From: an uncultured Clostridium sp.
GTDB taxonomy: Bacteria; Bacillota_I; Bacilli_A; RF39; UBA660
DNA length: 64,000 bases
Assembly (NCBI GenBank): GCA_902493795.1
Contig: CABUQZ010000005.1
Location: forward strand, 384-64,383
Direction: 5' to 3'
Within the stretch, counting starts at the first letter, position 1; the number at the start of each line of letters is the position of its first letter. The notes beneath the pieces are model-generated. The model made no database searches. It was not told where the DNA came from and was given only the letters and a program-made list of their open reading frames with translations. Shown here piece after piece: positions 1 through 8,944 of this stretch. A program made the translations under genes and the position numbers.

Positions 1-89
1 ACCTAGAATATATGTTACTACGCTTACAATTAACATATAAGTTATTTCATATGTACTCCATATTTTACTCCAAAAATTATTATTAAATA

Positions 90-299
90 TTATTTTATTA
101 CTCTTATTTCAGTTAAAATATCAATTATTGCAGCAACAAACAAGAAAACTCTAACTACTACATAAAACAATATTTTCCCAAATAAAGATTCTGGAAGAGG
201 CTGTCTTTTGAGCAACATGTGATTATAAGAAAATTCCATAAATCTTTTAAAAAAAATTGTAATAATTATCAAAATAATATCAATTATAATTTTTATCAT
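90..299 (-). CDS. Small hydrophobic protein (69 aa, two predicted TM helices); candidate immunity or partner protein of the upstream Rhs toxin
   Basis: The ATG at 299 lies 3 nt after the Rhs TAG stop (303-305). The stretches MIKIIIDIILIIITIFF and FYVVVRVFLFVAAIIDIL are hydrophobic and separated by a charged loop. The position matches the immunity slot of polymorphic-toxin loci. No family recognised. Confidence 0.45.
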   Translation of the reverse strand: MIKIIIDIILIIITIFFKRFMEFSYNHMLLKRQPLPESLFGKILFYVVVRVFLFVAAIIDILTEIRVIK

Positions 300-302
300 T
301 GT

Positions 303-3300
303 CTATTCATCCCACTCTATAGTATATTCAACGCCATAATCAAAACCAACCGCTGTATTAAAGTTCATTTGACCATTATTAGAATACACAGGAGCATAAA
401 AATTGTAATTTAGTCCATTAAATCCACCACTTATCGATGAAGTGTATGGTGAATAATATCTTGGATAAACTAAATCAGTAAGATCTCTTATTTTGGTTTC
501 AAATTTAAATGAGGCATTTAATGACAAAGGGCCAAAAATGCTTGCAGATTCAGTTATTCCGGCTCCGAAACTAACAGATGATTTATTTATGTTTGAATTA
601 GGTGCTATTTCTCTAGTATAGTTTACAGAAGCATACGTTTTACCTGAACTATATGATGCGCCAACATTGCAAGTTAATTTGCTATTATCAATTATTTTAT
701 TAATTGAATAATAAGTTGGGCTTGGCTTTGCGGCTTTTCTTTTTTTATTTTTGATTGGTGGTTCAACATTTTTTACTCCATATTTATTTGCACTATAGTC
801 AAAAGTTGATTCAACAAAATTAACAGCTTCTTCAAGCAATCCTTCAAGGAAATCAAGTAAAAACCACTTTCCATTTTTATCTGAATGATTAATAAAATTA
901 TTAGCAGTATAAGCAAATAAGTTACATACCATAATACTTTGTTCTAAGTATATTAATCCATCAGCATTTAAAAACCTTCCCCACATCGGATTATAATATC
1001 GAGAATTTAAATAATAAAGTTCTGTTTCTTTATCATAATAGTATCCTCTATATCTAAACGGATTAACAATAGCTACATTAGATGGATTAGTTATTTCTTG
1101 ACCACAAGAATTCTTAATACTCAAAATGGTTCCCATTGAATCATACTCATAACGCGCAACTATCTGATAATTAGAGTCAATAATACCCACTATATCTCCC
1201 TGTATGTTCTTTAGATAATAATATACCATATTATTATATTTTAGTCCAATAATATCACCATCATCATATAAATAGTATATTATATTACCACCAGTTTTTT
1301 CATATATTATTAAATTATTCTCTATGAAATAGTCTGTATCCACCCCATTTATTGTTTTCTTTGTTCTAATTCCATTTATATTATATTTGTATGAAACTGA
1401 AATGTTACTATCTTTGTATGTATTCAATTGCCTACCATTTATCCATGTAAGCTTTTTACTTCCAATTGTCAAAGGATTTCCAATTTCATCATATGTTATT
1501 AATTCATCATTATATTTTGTTAATAGGTCTTCCCATGATGAATCATTATATTCATATGTATCAGTAGTAATACTTTCATTTGTAGATATATTTTTCTTAA
1601 CTTTTGTTAGAATATTTCCTTCGTTATCATAAGTATATTCCGTTTTAATATTATTTACATAATCTTCATCACTAATTAACTCATTATAATCATCATATTC
1701 ATAGTGATTTATTAGATTATTATTTAAATAGATATCGGTAATATTATATAACTTATCATACTTATATGAATACTTTTTATTTCCATTAGTAATTGATTTT
1801 ATTATTGCTGAAGTTCTGTTTCCAATTGAAAGATACTCATACTTTGTTTCATAGTTATTATTAATATTTTTATTAGTAACTCTTAATAATTCATCATAAG
1901 TGTATTTTATCTTTGTACTATCTAAATTAGATTCTAATACCATACCATCTTTATTAAATATATTTTCTATTATATGCGATTCATTATCAAGGCTTAGTTT
2001 TTGTTTTGTAATATTATTATCATTATCATAATAGTATTCAATATTAAAATTATTATTTTTCCTATCAGTTACTATATTATTCTCTTCATCTTCATAAGTA
2101 ATTGTATAATATCTAGTATCAGTGTATTTTTTTAATCTTTTATCTTCATCATACAAGAAAAATGACTCGCCATCATTTTCAGATAATCTATGTATATCCC
2201 CATTATTGTTATATAAATATTCATATTCATTATTATCTTTTTTTACTTTTTTTACTCGATCAAATTCATCATATTGAAAATTGATAACAGAATTATTCCC
2301 ATACGTAGAAGATAATAAATTTCCATTGTTTTCTTCATATGTATATGTAATTAAATTTCTGTTATTTATTTTAATGTTATTTTTATGTAGAAATTCATCG
2401 TATGTAAATTTATAGGTTTTGTTTCCTTGAATTATTTCTGACAACTGATTTTGGCTGTTATAATTATATTGTATTTCTTTATTACCTTGTTTTATTTTTG
2501 TTATCTGATTTTTATCATTATACAAGTATGATGTTTCTATTCCCTTTGCATTCGTTTTCTTCTCGACAAGTCCTTTTGTTTTATTTCTAGTATATTTTAT
2601 CTCATTTAACAAACTATCTTTAACACTTTCAACAAATCTTCCATCACTTGAATACATTGCTTCTTGTTGAATAAATAATCTTGAGGCATCTTCAAAATAG
2701 AACTCATACAAATAATTCTCTTCGATATCTGAATAATCACTTACAAACTCAAAAGTATTATCAACCCATTTTAAATATTTTTTATTATCTTTATCATCTA
2801 AAATATAAATGTGATAACTTGCATTTTGATTTTGTTCTATTTTAAACAAGCAGTTTCCAAGGGTATCAAGTATTATTTTATTATTTAACTCTACTAAATA
2901 TTTATTTGCTATTACAGCATCACTTATTTTGTATGAATCATCTATCTTTTCAACTTTAAAAGTTGTATTACTACAATAATCGTACTTTAATGTTAAATTA
3001 TTATCCTGTATTTTTAAGTATTTATTAGTTCCCTTTTGTCTAATCTTATAATATCCAGTTGTTATTTCTTCACTATAATCCTTTGAAATTTTAGTCTGAA
3101 TTGGATTTCCAAAATCATCATATACTACTTTATTTGAGATACCAGTTGATGAAATTGCTCTTATAACTCTATCTGTAATGTTATTATCATATTCAACCTT
3201 ATAATTTTTTCCTCTTGGATTTGTTGCACTAATTAGTTCATTATTTTTATCATAATTAAATACATCAGACTCTTTTATATCTTTAACTTGTGTTATATTT

Positions 3301-6300
3301 CCATATTCATCATATTCATATCTATTTGTTTTAATTTTCTTAAATAAAGAGAAATTAGTTAAATATAAATCACCTTGATCTCTTCCTTGATGTAGACGAA
3401 TTATAATTTTGTTATAATCTTTAATTGGAGCAAATAAAGCATAAAAATATTGCCAATTATCTTTATTACTATACAAAGGGTATGCTGGAACACATTGTTC
3501 TATCTCACCATCAACAGGTTTAAAATAAACACTCACTGTATTTCCAACAATTGATCCACTAGGATCATAACCAGTAGTTGGGTCAATTCCTGTTTCTACA
3601 CCATTATTTTTATACCAAAATCCCAAATAATATAAATCATCTTTCTTTCCTTTAACTTCTATTTCTTTTACAACGTCACTCATATTGTAAGATTGCATAT
3701 TTACTTTTAAGGCTTTATTACCATTGCTATCAATGTTAACAACTTCAAATACATCACTAACATTTGGTTCAACTTCAGTATCTAATGCAGAAGCAGTTAA
3801 ATTCCAGTTACTTGTTTCTTTTTTAAAATCTGGATTTTCTATTATGTTATAGTCATTTTCTATAACGCCTTTTTCTATTTTTATATCACCAATATATGTT
3901 GCACATGGTTCTTCATGAATTATTCTCATCATTAAATCAGTATCAACTGACCTATTAAATGTAAAAACAATTTTTTCATAGTCATCGTTCTTTTTAAATT
4001 CTTTTTCATATACTGTTTCATTTGTGTCAAATAAATAAAAACGAATCTTTGCTGATAATGTTGTTTTAACATATAAACTTACTGTATAATCTGTAATTTC
4101 ATCTAGCGAAAATCCTGTTAAAGAATTCTGAATTATATTATCACTTGCAAATTCTACTAAACTTACTCCATTAAAAGTTTCATCATAATGATCTGACATT
4201 CCCATATTATTTGAAAAAACTGTATAACCATCTAAATTAGCATAATTTGTTAATCCACACATGTTTTTTGAAAATTTTATAGGAATTGTATTTGATAATA
4301 TTTTATTCTTATTCTCACTTTCATTTCCATAAGTTCTTGTTATTGAATAAGCATCATTTATGTTAACTCCATCTGCCATACTATTTGAAGATATTAAATT
4401 ACCATAATAATTATAAATATTATTTGTAATTTTATTTTTATTATCGACTATTTTTGTGCTAAACAATTGATAATCAAGAGTAAAACTTTGACCTTCTTTA
4501 TTATTTAATCCATATTGTGTTACTTTTTTTACTTTCTTTGAATTTCCACTATAATAATCATAAACAATAGATAGCCCTGTAACATCTGTAATTTTTGTTA
4601 TTATATTATTTGTATCGTAATCAAATGTTGTTGTTCCTTCTTTGGTTACAATTGTCTTTAAATTATTATTTTCATAATTTAATATTGTTGTTTCGCTTGG
4701 TGATATAAAACTTATCTTATTAGTTTCATAAGAAATATTTATTTCATTATTATTAAAGTCAAGTATTTTAGTAATGTTATTATTAACGTTTCTTGTAATA
4801 TTTATTTCTTGATTACTAATGTTTTTAATTTTACTTAAATAATAAATGTTTCCATTTTTGGTAAAAATAGTACTATTTCCATTTTTATCTTTCATAGTGC
4901 AAGTTGTATCAAACAATTCTATTTCAAAATTTAAACCATCTTCATCTTTATATTTAGTTTCCAAAAGATAAAAATAGTGTATTGTACCATCACCATCAAC
5001 GTATTTTAACTTTTCATCGTTACCAATTGGAACTTTTTCAATTGTTTCATCGTAGGTTAATCTATATCCTTTTCCATAAATCGAGCTATTATTTGTTATA
5101 ACATCATTTGTGTTATATACAATTCCTACACTTGCTGGAAATACTCCTATTGTATTAGAAAGAGAAAATAAAGTTGTTAAGTTACCATTGAATGTATTTA
5201 CATAAGCAGTACCATTTGAAAATGACTGACTCATATAATCAAGATATGATTCTAAACCATTTTGATTTCTGTATTCAATTGTAAGAAGTGGTGCAAGGTC
5301 ACCTTCTCCAAAATTACTAGAAAAGAACATTGGTATCATAGTATTGATATATTCTTCTTTTGCTTGTTTAATCATTATTCCATAATTTGGACTTCCATTT
5401 AACCATCTTTTTACTAGTGATGTTATTAGACAATCATTAAAGCTTGATCTTATTACTGGTCTAAGTTCTGCTGGCACCACAGATAAGTCATATTCAAGAT
5501 AACTTCTACTAATATATGCAACATTTTCGACACTACTATTATAAGCATTATTCATATTGTTCCAATTAGCTTCACTTAAGGTCCAATCTTTTGTGACTTC
5601 ATGTATTGTAACTAATTTATCAGTGTTTTGAGAAGCTTCATCTTCTGTTAATTCTCTAGCTTCCTCTACTGCCATATATCCATATAAATTTAGTGTTGCT
5701 CTAATTACTTCATCACTTGTTCCTATTTCTGGAAGTACAAATTTTAATAAACTTCTATTAACTCTATCTTGATTATTTACTTTTTCTACACCAGCTTTTA
5801 AATAATCTTTATTATACCTTACATCATTTGTATCACCAGGATAGATATATGTATCATTTACTCCTTTATCATTATTCTCTAACGATGGATCTATAATAAC
5901 TGGGTACTTTCTATTGTTTTCATTAATCCATTCCTTATCAAATGATAAAGTTAAAATGTCATTTTCTATTTTATAAGATACATTGCTACACTCAGCACCA
6001 TCAGAGTCTTTCATATAAGGAACTATAAAAGTAAATACTGTTTCCCTTTCATTTTTACAAAACAAACTATTATTTTCAACATTTATTTCTAAGTTTGATT
6101 TTATCTCATACTCTACTTTTTCATTTTCTATTTTATCTTTTACAATTAAATTTTCTTTGACTCCAGAAAATGATAAAACGTATTCTAAATCTATGTTTGC
6201 AAAAATATTTTTGTATAATATCTTACTTATATTTTTAGTGTTCTTTTCTATTTCATACTCTTTTATATGTGTACATTTTGGAATTATTTCTAAATAATAG

Positions 6301-6530
6301 TCACCTTTTACATATTTAATTCCACTATTTGTTTTATTAAAAATTACTTTGTAATCATTTTCTTCGTTTTCAAATGAGTTGTTAGTTTCTTTTAATTCAT
6401 TACTTATTTCTTCATATTTTCCATTTTTCAGATAATGAACTTTTTCTCTAAATAACTGTACTTCGATATTTCCATTATCTTTTAGAAAATGTTTCTCATT
6501 TGGTTTTCTTTTGTCAATTAATTCTATCAT
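303..6530 (-). CDS. Rhs/YD-repeat polymorphic toxin (2075 aa) with a DNRLRE-like N-terminal domain, lectin-like inserts, an Rhs-associated core and an unrecognised C-terminal domain
   Basis: YD repeats are readable throughout (YEYDEYGNITQV, YKVEYDNNITDRV, VVYDDFGNPIQT, YLYNDKNQITKI, YTYDNEGNILTK). The core ends PFRYRGYYYDKETELYYLNSRYYNPMWGRFLNADG. An N-terminal LVTIHEVTKDWTLSEANWNNMNN-type segment is present. I moved the start from the ORF-track 6557 to the ATG at 6530, which has AGGTGG 4 nt upstream and sits 6 nt after the upstream stop. Confidence 0.9.
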   Translation of the reverse strand: MIELIDKRKPNEKHFLKDNGNIEVQLFREKVHYLKNGKYEEISNELKETNNSFENEENDYKVIFNKTNSGIKYVKGDYYLEIIPKCTHIKEYEIEKNTKNISKILYKNIFANIDLEYVLSFSGVKENLIVKDKIENEKVEYEIKSNLEINVENNSLFCKNERETVFTFIVPYMKDSDGAECSNVSYKIENDILTLSFDKEWINENNRKYPVIIDPSLENNDKGVNDTYIYPGDTNDVRYNKDYLKAGVEKVNNQDRVNRSLLKFVLPEIGTSDEVIRATLNLYGYMAVEEARELTEDEASQNTDKLVTIHEVTKDWTLSEANWNNMNNAYNSSVENVAYISRSYLEYDLSVVPAELRPVIRSSFNDCLITSLVKRWLNGSPNYGIMIKQAKEEYINTMIPMFFSSNFGEGDLAPLLTIEYRNQNGLESYLDYMSQSFSNGTAYVNTFNGNLTTLFSLSNTIGVFPASVGIVYNTNDVITNNSSIYGKGYRLTYDETIEKVPIGNDEKLKYVDGDGTIHYFYLLETKYKDEDGLNFEIELFDTTCTMKDKNGNSTIFTKNGNIYYLSKIKNISNQEINITRNVNNNITKILDFNNNEINISYETNKISFISPSETTILNYENNNLKTIVTKEGTTTFDYDTNNIITKITDVTGLSIVYDYYSGNSKKVKKVTQYGLNNKEGQSFTLDYQLFSTKIVDNKNKITNNIYNYYGNLISSNSMADGVNINDAYSITRTYGNESENKNKILSNTIPIKFSKNMCGLTNYANLDGYTVFSNNMGMSDHYDETFNGVSLVEFASDNIIQNSLTGFSLDEITDYTVSLYVKTTLSAKIRFYLFDTNETVYEKEFKKNDDYEKIVFTFNRSVDTDLMMRIIHEEPCATYIGDIKIEKGVIENDYNIIENPDFKKETSNWNLTASALDTEVEPNVSDVFEVVNIDSNGNKALKVNMQSYNMSDVVKEIEVKGKKDDLYYLGFWYKNNGVETGIDPTTGYDPSGSIVGNTVSVYFKPVDGEIEQCVPAYPLYSNKDNWQYFYALFAPIKDYNKIIIRLHQGRDQGDLYLTNFSLFKKIKTNRYEYDEYGNITQVKDIKESDVFNYDKNNELISATNPRGKNYKVEYDNNITDRVIRAISSTGISNKVVYDDFGNPIQTKISKDYSEEITTGYYKIRQKGTNKYLKIQDNNLTLKYDYCSNTTFKVEKIDDSYKISDAVIANKYLVELNNKIILDTLGNCLFKIEQNQNASYHIYILDDKDNKKYLKWVDNTFEFVSDYSDIEENYLYEFYFEDASRLFIQQEAMYSSDGRFVESVKDSLLNEIKYTRNKTKGLVEKKTNAKGIETSYLYNDKNQITKIKQGNKEIQYNYNSQNQLSEIIQGNKTYKFTYDEFLHKNNIKINNRNLITYTYEENNGNLLSSTYGNNSVINFQYDEFDRVKKVKKDNNEYEYLYNNNGDIHRLSENDGESFFLYDEDKRLKKYTDTRYYTITYEDEENNIVTDRKNNNFNIEYYYDNDNNITKQKLSLDNESHIIENIFNKDGMVLESNLDSTKIKYTYDELLRVTNKNINNNYETKYEYLSIGNRTSAIIKSITNGNKKYSYKYDKLYNITDIYLNNNLINHYEYDDYNELISDEDYVNNIKTEYTYDNEGNILTKVKKNISTNESITTDTYEYNDSSWEDLLTKYNDELITYDEIGNPLTIGSKKLTWINGRQLNTYKDSNISVSYKYNINGIRTKKTINGVDTDYFIENNLIIYEKTGGNIIYYLYDDGDIIGLKYNNMVYYYLKNIQGDIVGIIDSNYQIVARYEYDSMGTILSIKNSCGQEITNPSNVAIVNPFRYRGYYYDKETELYYLNSRYYNPMWGRFLNADGLIYLEQSIMVCNLFAYTANNFINHSDKNGKWFLLDFLEGLLEEAVNFVESTFDYSANKYGVKNVEPPIKNKKRKAAKPSPTYYSINKIIDNSKLTCNVGASYSSGKTYASVNYTREIAPNSNINKSSVSFGAGITESASIFGPLSLNASFKFETKIRDLTDLVYPRYYSPYTSSISGGFNGLNYNFYAPVYSNNGQMNFNTAVGFDYGVEYTIEWDE

Positions 6531-6538
6531 AAAACCAC

Positions 6539-7072
6539 CTACGCAGTTCTTTTCCATACATATACTGCTAAGTATGGTGGCATATTATTGTGTTCTTTAT
6601 CTCCTCCAGTATTATTAGTATTTTTATTTCCAGTACCAATATATGTACCATAATTAGAACCAACATTCATTAATACAGTTTTACCAATATTAGATAGTGA
6701 ATGATTATGTTGAGGAAGTTCATCAATTGTTAATTTATGTGCTGCTTCTCCACCGGTTTCTCCATTTTGATACGTATCACCACATGCTAGTAAAAAGCAA
6801 TCTTTTATTTGTTCCCATATTCCTCCAAAAAGTACACTTGGACTTGTTGCAGCTACTGACATATATATTGAACCAACTGGATATATTGCATTAAAATCCA
6901 AACCAGCTCCACTTTCTGTTGTTATCGATTTAACTATTAAATTCCCTTCACTATCTAAACTAAATTTATTATTTTTTGATGTAACACATCCTACATTTAA
7001 ATTATCTACCTCTAAGTTTGTGTTATCTCCATCTTTTGTAAAAGCTTCTACTATGTAATCATATTCATTCAT
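6539..7072 (-). CDS. Phage tail-collar domain protein (tail-fibre / MdpB-like), 177 aa
   Basis: The C-terminal half (IYPVGSIYMS...GGEAAHKLTIDELPQHNHS...GGDKEHNNMPPYLAVYVWKRTA) matches the tail-collar signature as I remember it. A strong RBS (AAAGGAGGAG) precedes the ATG. Confidence 0.8.
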   Translation of the reverse strand: MNEYDYIVEAFTKDGDNTNLEVDNLNVGCVTSKNNKFSLDSEGNLIVKSITTESGAGLDFNAIYPVGSIYMSVAATSPSVLFGGIWEQIKDCFLLACGDTYQNGETGGEAAHKLTIDELPQHNHSLSNIGKTVLMNVGSNYGTYIGTGNKNTNNTGGDKEHNNMPPYLAVYVWKRTA

Positions 7073-7362
7073 TTTACTACTCCTCCTTTTTATTCGAATA
7101 AATATTTCTTATTTTTTTACTTAGTTAACATCTCCTCCTATCTAGAAAAAAAATATCATATTGTATAGTAAAAATAACACACCAAATTAGTAGAATTTTA
7201 AATTTCCCAAAAATAGAGAGTAATTCTCCAAATAAGAGAGTTAGTTATTCAAAAAAAAGATGTATAATTAAAATTTATTATATTTTTATATTTTAAAATT
7301 AATATTTTTTACAACAATGTATAATCTTTTACATACTATATTAAAATTCTAATTAATCAAAA

Positions 7363-7390
7363 AAGACTAAAAAAGATGACTTTCGTCATC
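7363..7390 (-). terminator. Rho-independent terminator after xseB
   Basis: The minus strand reads GATGAC-GAAA-GTCATC followed by TTTTTT. Confidence 0.6.
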
Positions 7391-7453
7391 CCTATAAAAT
7401 AAATTAATTCATGAGTTTATTGTCTAACAACACTTTTTTGAAAAAAACTTGAA

Positions 7454-7684
7454 TTATTCTTCTATTTTGAAGTCTTCAAGTTTACCGTTTTCTTTTAAAA
7501 TTTTGTTTACGTTTTCTTCAGCATTTTTAAGTTTTTCATTACATGATTTAGATAAAGCCATTGCTTCAGTAAACTTGTTTATCGCGTCATCCAATGATAC
7601 CTCTCCACTTTCCAGACTTTTTACAATACTTTCAAGTTTAACAAGAGACTCTTCAAATGTTTCTTCTTCTTTTTTATTTGCCAT
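7454..7684 (-). CDS. xseB: Exodeoxyribonuclease VII small subunit
   Basis: A 76-aa helical protein with FEESLVKLESIVKSLESGEVSLDDAINKFTEA. RBS is AGGAGG. It lies directly downstream of xseA. Confidence 0.9.
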   Translation of the reverse strand: MANKKEEETFEESLVKLESIVKSLESGEVSLDDAINKFTEAMALSKSCNEKLKNAEENVNKILKENGKLEDFKIEE

Positions 7685-7693
7685 TTATACCTC

Positions 7694-8944
7694 CTAAATA
7701 ACTTCTACATTAACTTTTCCATCTTTAAGTTCTAACTCAAGATTATCTTTTTTCTTAATATCTTTAACACTAGAAATAACTTTATCATCTTTTCTTACTA
7801 CAGAATAACCTCTTTTAATAGTAAGCAATGGATTTAATACTTCAAGCTTACTTATTATCTTAAAGAAATCATTCTTATCTTTAGTAATTTTATTATTAAT
7901 TTCGTTATTAAGCTTCGTACATGTTAGTTCTAGTTTATTTTTATTATTAGCAATAATATTTTTAAAATCATTAACTAGTCTTTCGAATAAATTATCAAAT
8001 TTTTGTTCTTTTATTTCATATATTGTTATTGGATTTTTTAATACGTAGCTATTCTTTAATTTATTTACTCTTTCTTTTCTAATATTTACTATATTAGTAA
8101 TTCCATTAACTGTTCTTATTTCCAACTGATTTAAAAGTTTTACTATATCAGTAATATTTGGAACAGCCATTTCAGCAGCTCCTGTTGGAGTTGGAGCTCG
8201 TAAATCAGCTACAAAATCAGATATTGTAAAATCTATTTCATGTCCAACAGCAGATATAACAGGAATATCTAAGTCATATATTGCACGTGCTACTATTTCT
8301 TCATTAAAACACCATAAATCTTCAATAGATCCTCCACCACGTCCAACAATTAAAACATCTAAATCATAGTTTTTTGCAAGTTCTATGTTTTTAACTATAT
8401 CAGGTGCTGCTTCTTTTCCTTGTACTAACGAAGGAAATAATATAGTCTCACAAAGTGGCCATCTTCTTTTTAAAGTAGATAAAATGTCTTTAATAGCAGC
8501 TCCTGTTGGTGCAGTAATAATTCCAATACGATTAGGTATCTTTGGAATAGGCTTTTTATGTGCTTCATCAAACAAACCTTCTGCTTGTAGTTTCTTTTTT
8601 AACTGTTCAAATGCAATATAAAGATTTCCTAATCCATCTTCTAAAATAGAATCAACATATATTTGATATCCTCCAGTTGCTTCATAAACCGATACTTTTC
8701 CAGTTACTAAAACTTTCATTCCATCTTGAATATCAAACTTAACATCTTTTGCATAAGTACTAAACATCACTGCATTTATTCTTGAGTTTTCATCTTTAAT
8801 TGTGAAATAAAAATGTCCCCTAGAATGAGCTTTAAAATTAGATATCTCACCTTTTAAATATATCTTATTAAGATTTTGATCATTATCTATTTTATATTTT
8901 ATATATCTAGTTAATTGAGTAACTGTAATATAATTATTGTTCAT
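7694..8944 (-). CDS. xseA: Exodeoxyribonuclease VII large subunit
   Basis: An N-terminal OB-fold segment (ITVTQLTRYIKYKI...LKGEISNFKAHSRGHFYFTIKD) and a central GRGGGSIEDLWCFNEE motif are present. Confidence 0.9.
   Translation of the reverse strand: MNNNYITVTQLTRYIKYKIDNDQNLNKIYLKGEISNFKAHSRGHFYFTIKDENSRINAVMFSTYAKDVKFDIQDGMKVLVTGKVSVYEATGGYQIYVDSILEDGLGNLYIAFEQLKKKLQAEGLFDEAHKKPIPKIPNRIGIITAPTGAAIKDILSTLKRRWPLCETILFPSLVQGKEAAPDIVKNIELAKNYDLDVLIVGRGGGSIEDLWCFNEEIVARAIYDLDIPVISAVGHEIDFTISDFVADLRAPTPTGAAEMAVPNITDIVKLLNQLEIRTVNGITNIVNIRKERVNKLKNSYVLKNPITIYEIKEQKFDNLFERLVNDFKNIIANNKNKLELTCTKLNNEINNKITKDKNDFFKIISKLEVLNPLLTIKRGYSVVRKDDKVISSVKDIKKKDNLELELKDGKVNVEVI

Noticed and set aside
1-89. A possible further small hydrophobic ORF at the left edge on the minus strand (...YMLIVSVVTYILG, running out of the window), perhaps a second immunity-like gene.
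   Set aside because: It is truncated by the window edge, the start codon is ambiguous (ATG candidates hit stops or lack an RBS), and too little sequence is available to judge.
1387-1632. Plus-strand ORFs lying antisense to long minus-strand genes: 219-413, 1387-1632, 6697-6894, 7449-7697, 8385-8621, 13075-13308, 16001-16198, 20129-20534, 23379-23576, 28613-28876, 29369-29572, 31304-31510, 33120-33302, 34635-34823, 39680-40544, 41236-41442, 45803-46015, 52027-52257, 53015-53245, 56819-57016, 61010-61195 and 61457-61864.
   Set aside because: Each lies entirely inside a well-supported gene on the opposite strand. They have low-complexity Leu/Ile/Phe/Ser-rich translations typical of shadow frames in AT-rich DNA, and none has a convincing RBS.
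6539-7072. A prophage interpretation of the tail-collar gene.
   Set aside because: The window contains no capsid, portal, terminase, tape-measure, holin/lysin or integrase gene. The right flank is nusB-xseA-xseB core DNA behind a terminator. The sequence to the left of position 1 is unseen, so this cannot be fully excluded.
7081-7140. A mini-ORF, ATG TTA ACT AAG TAA (MLTK), directly after TAGGAGGAG in the leader of the tail-collar gene. It could be read as a leader peptide.
   Set aside because: The Shine-Dalgarno-like sequence abuts the ATG with no spacing. Four codons in AT-rich DNA are expected by chance, and no attenuator structure was seen.
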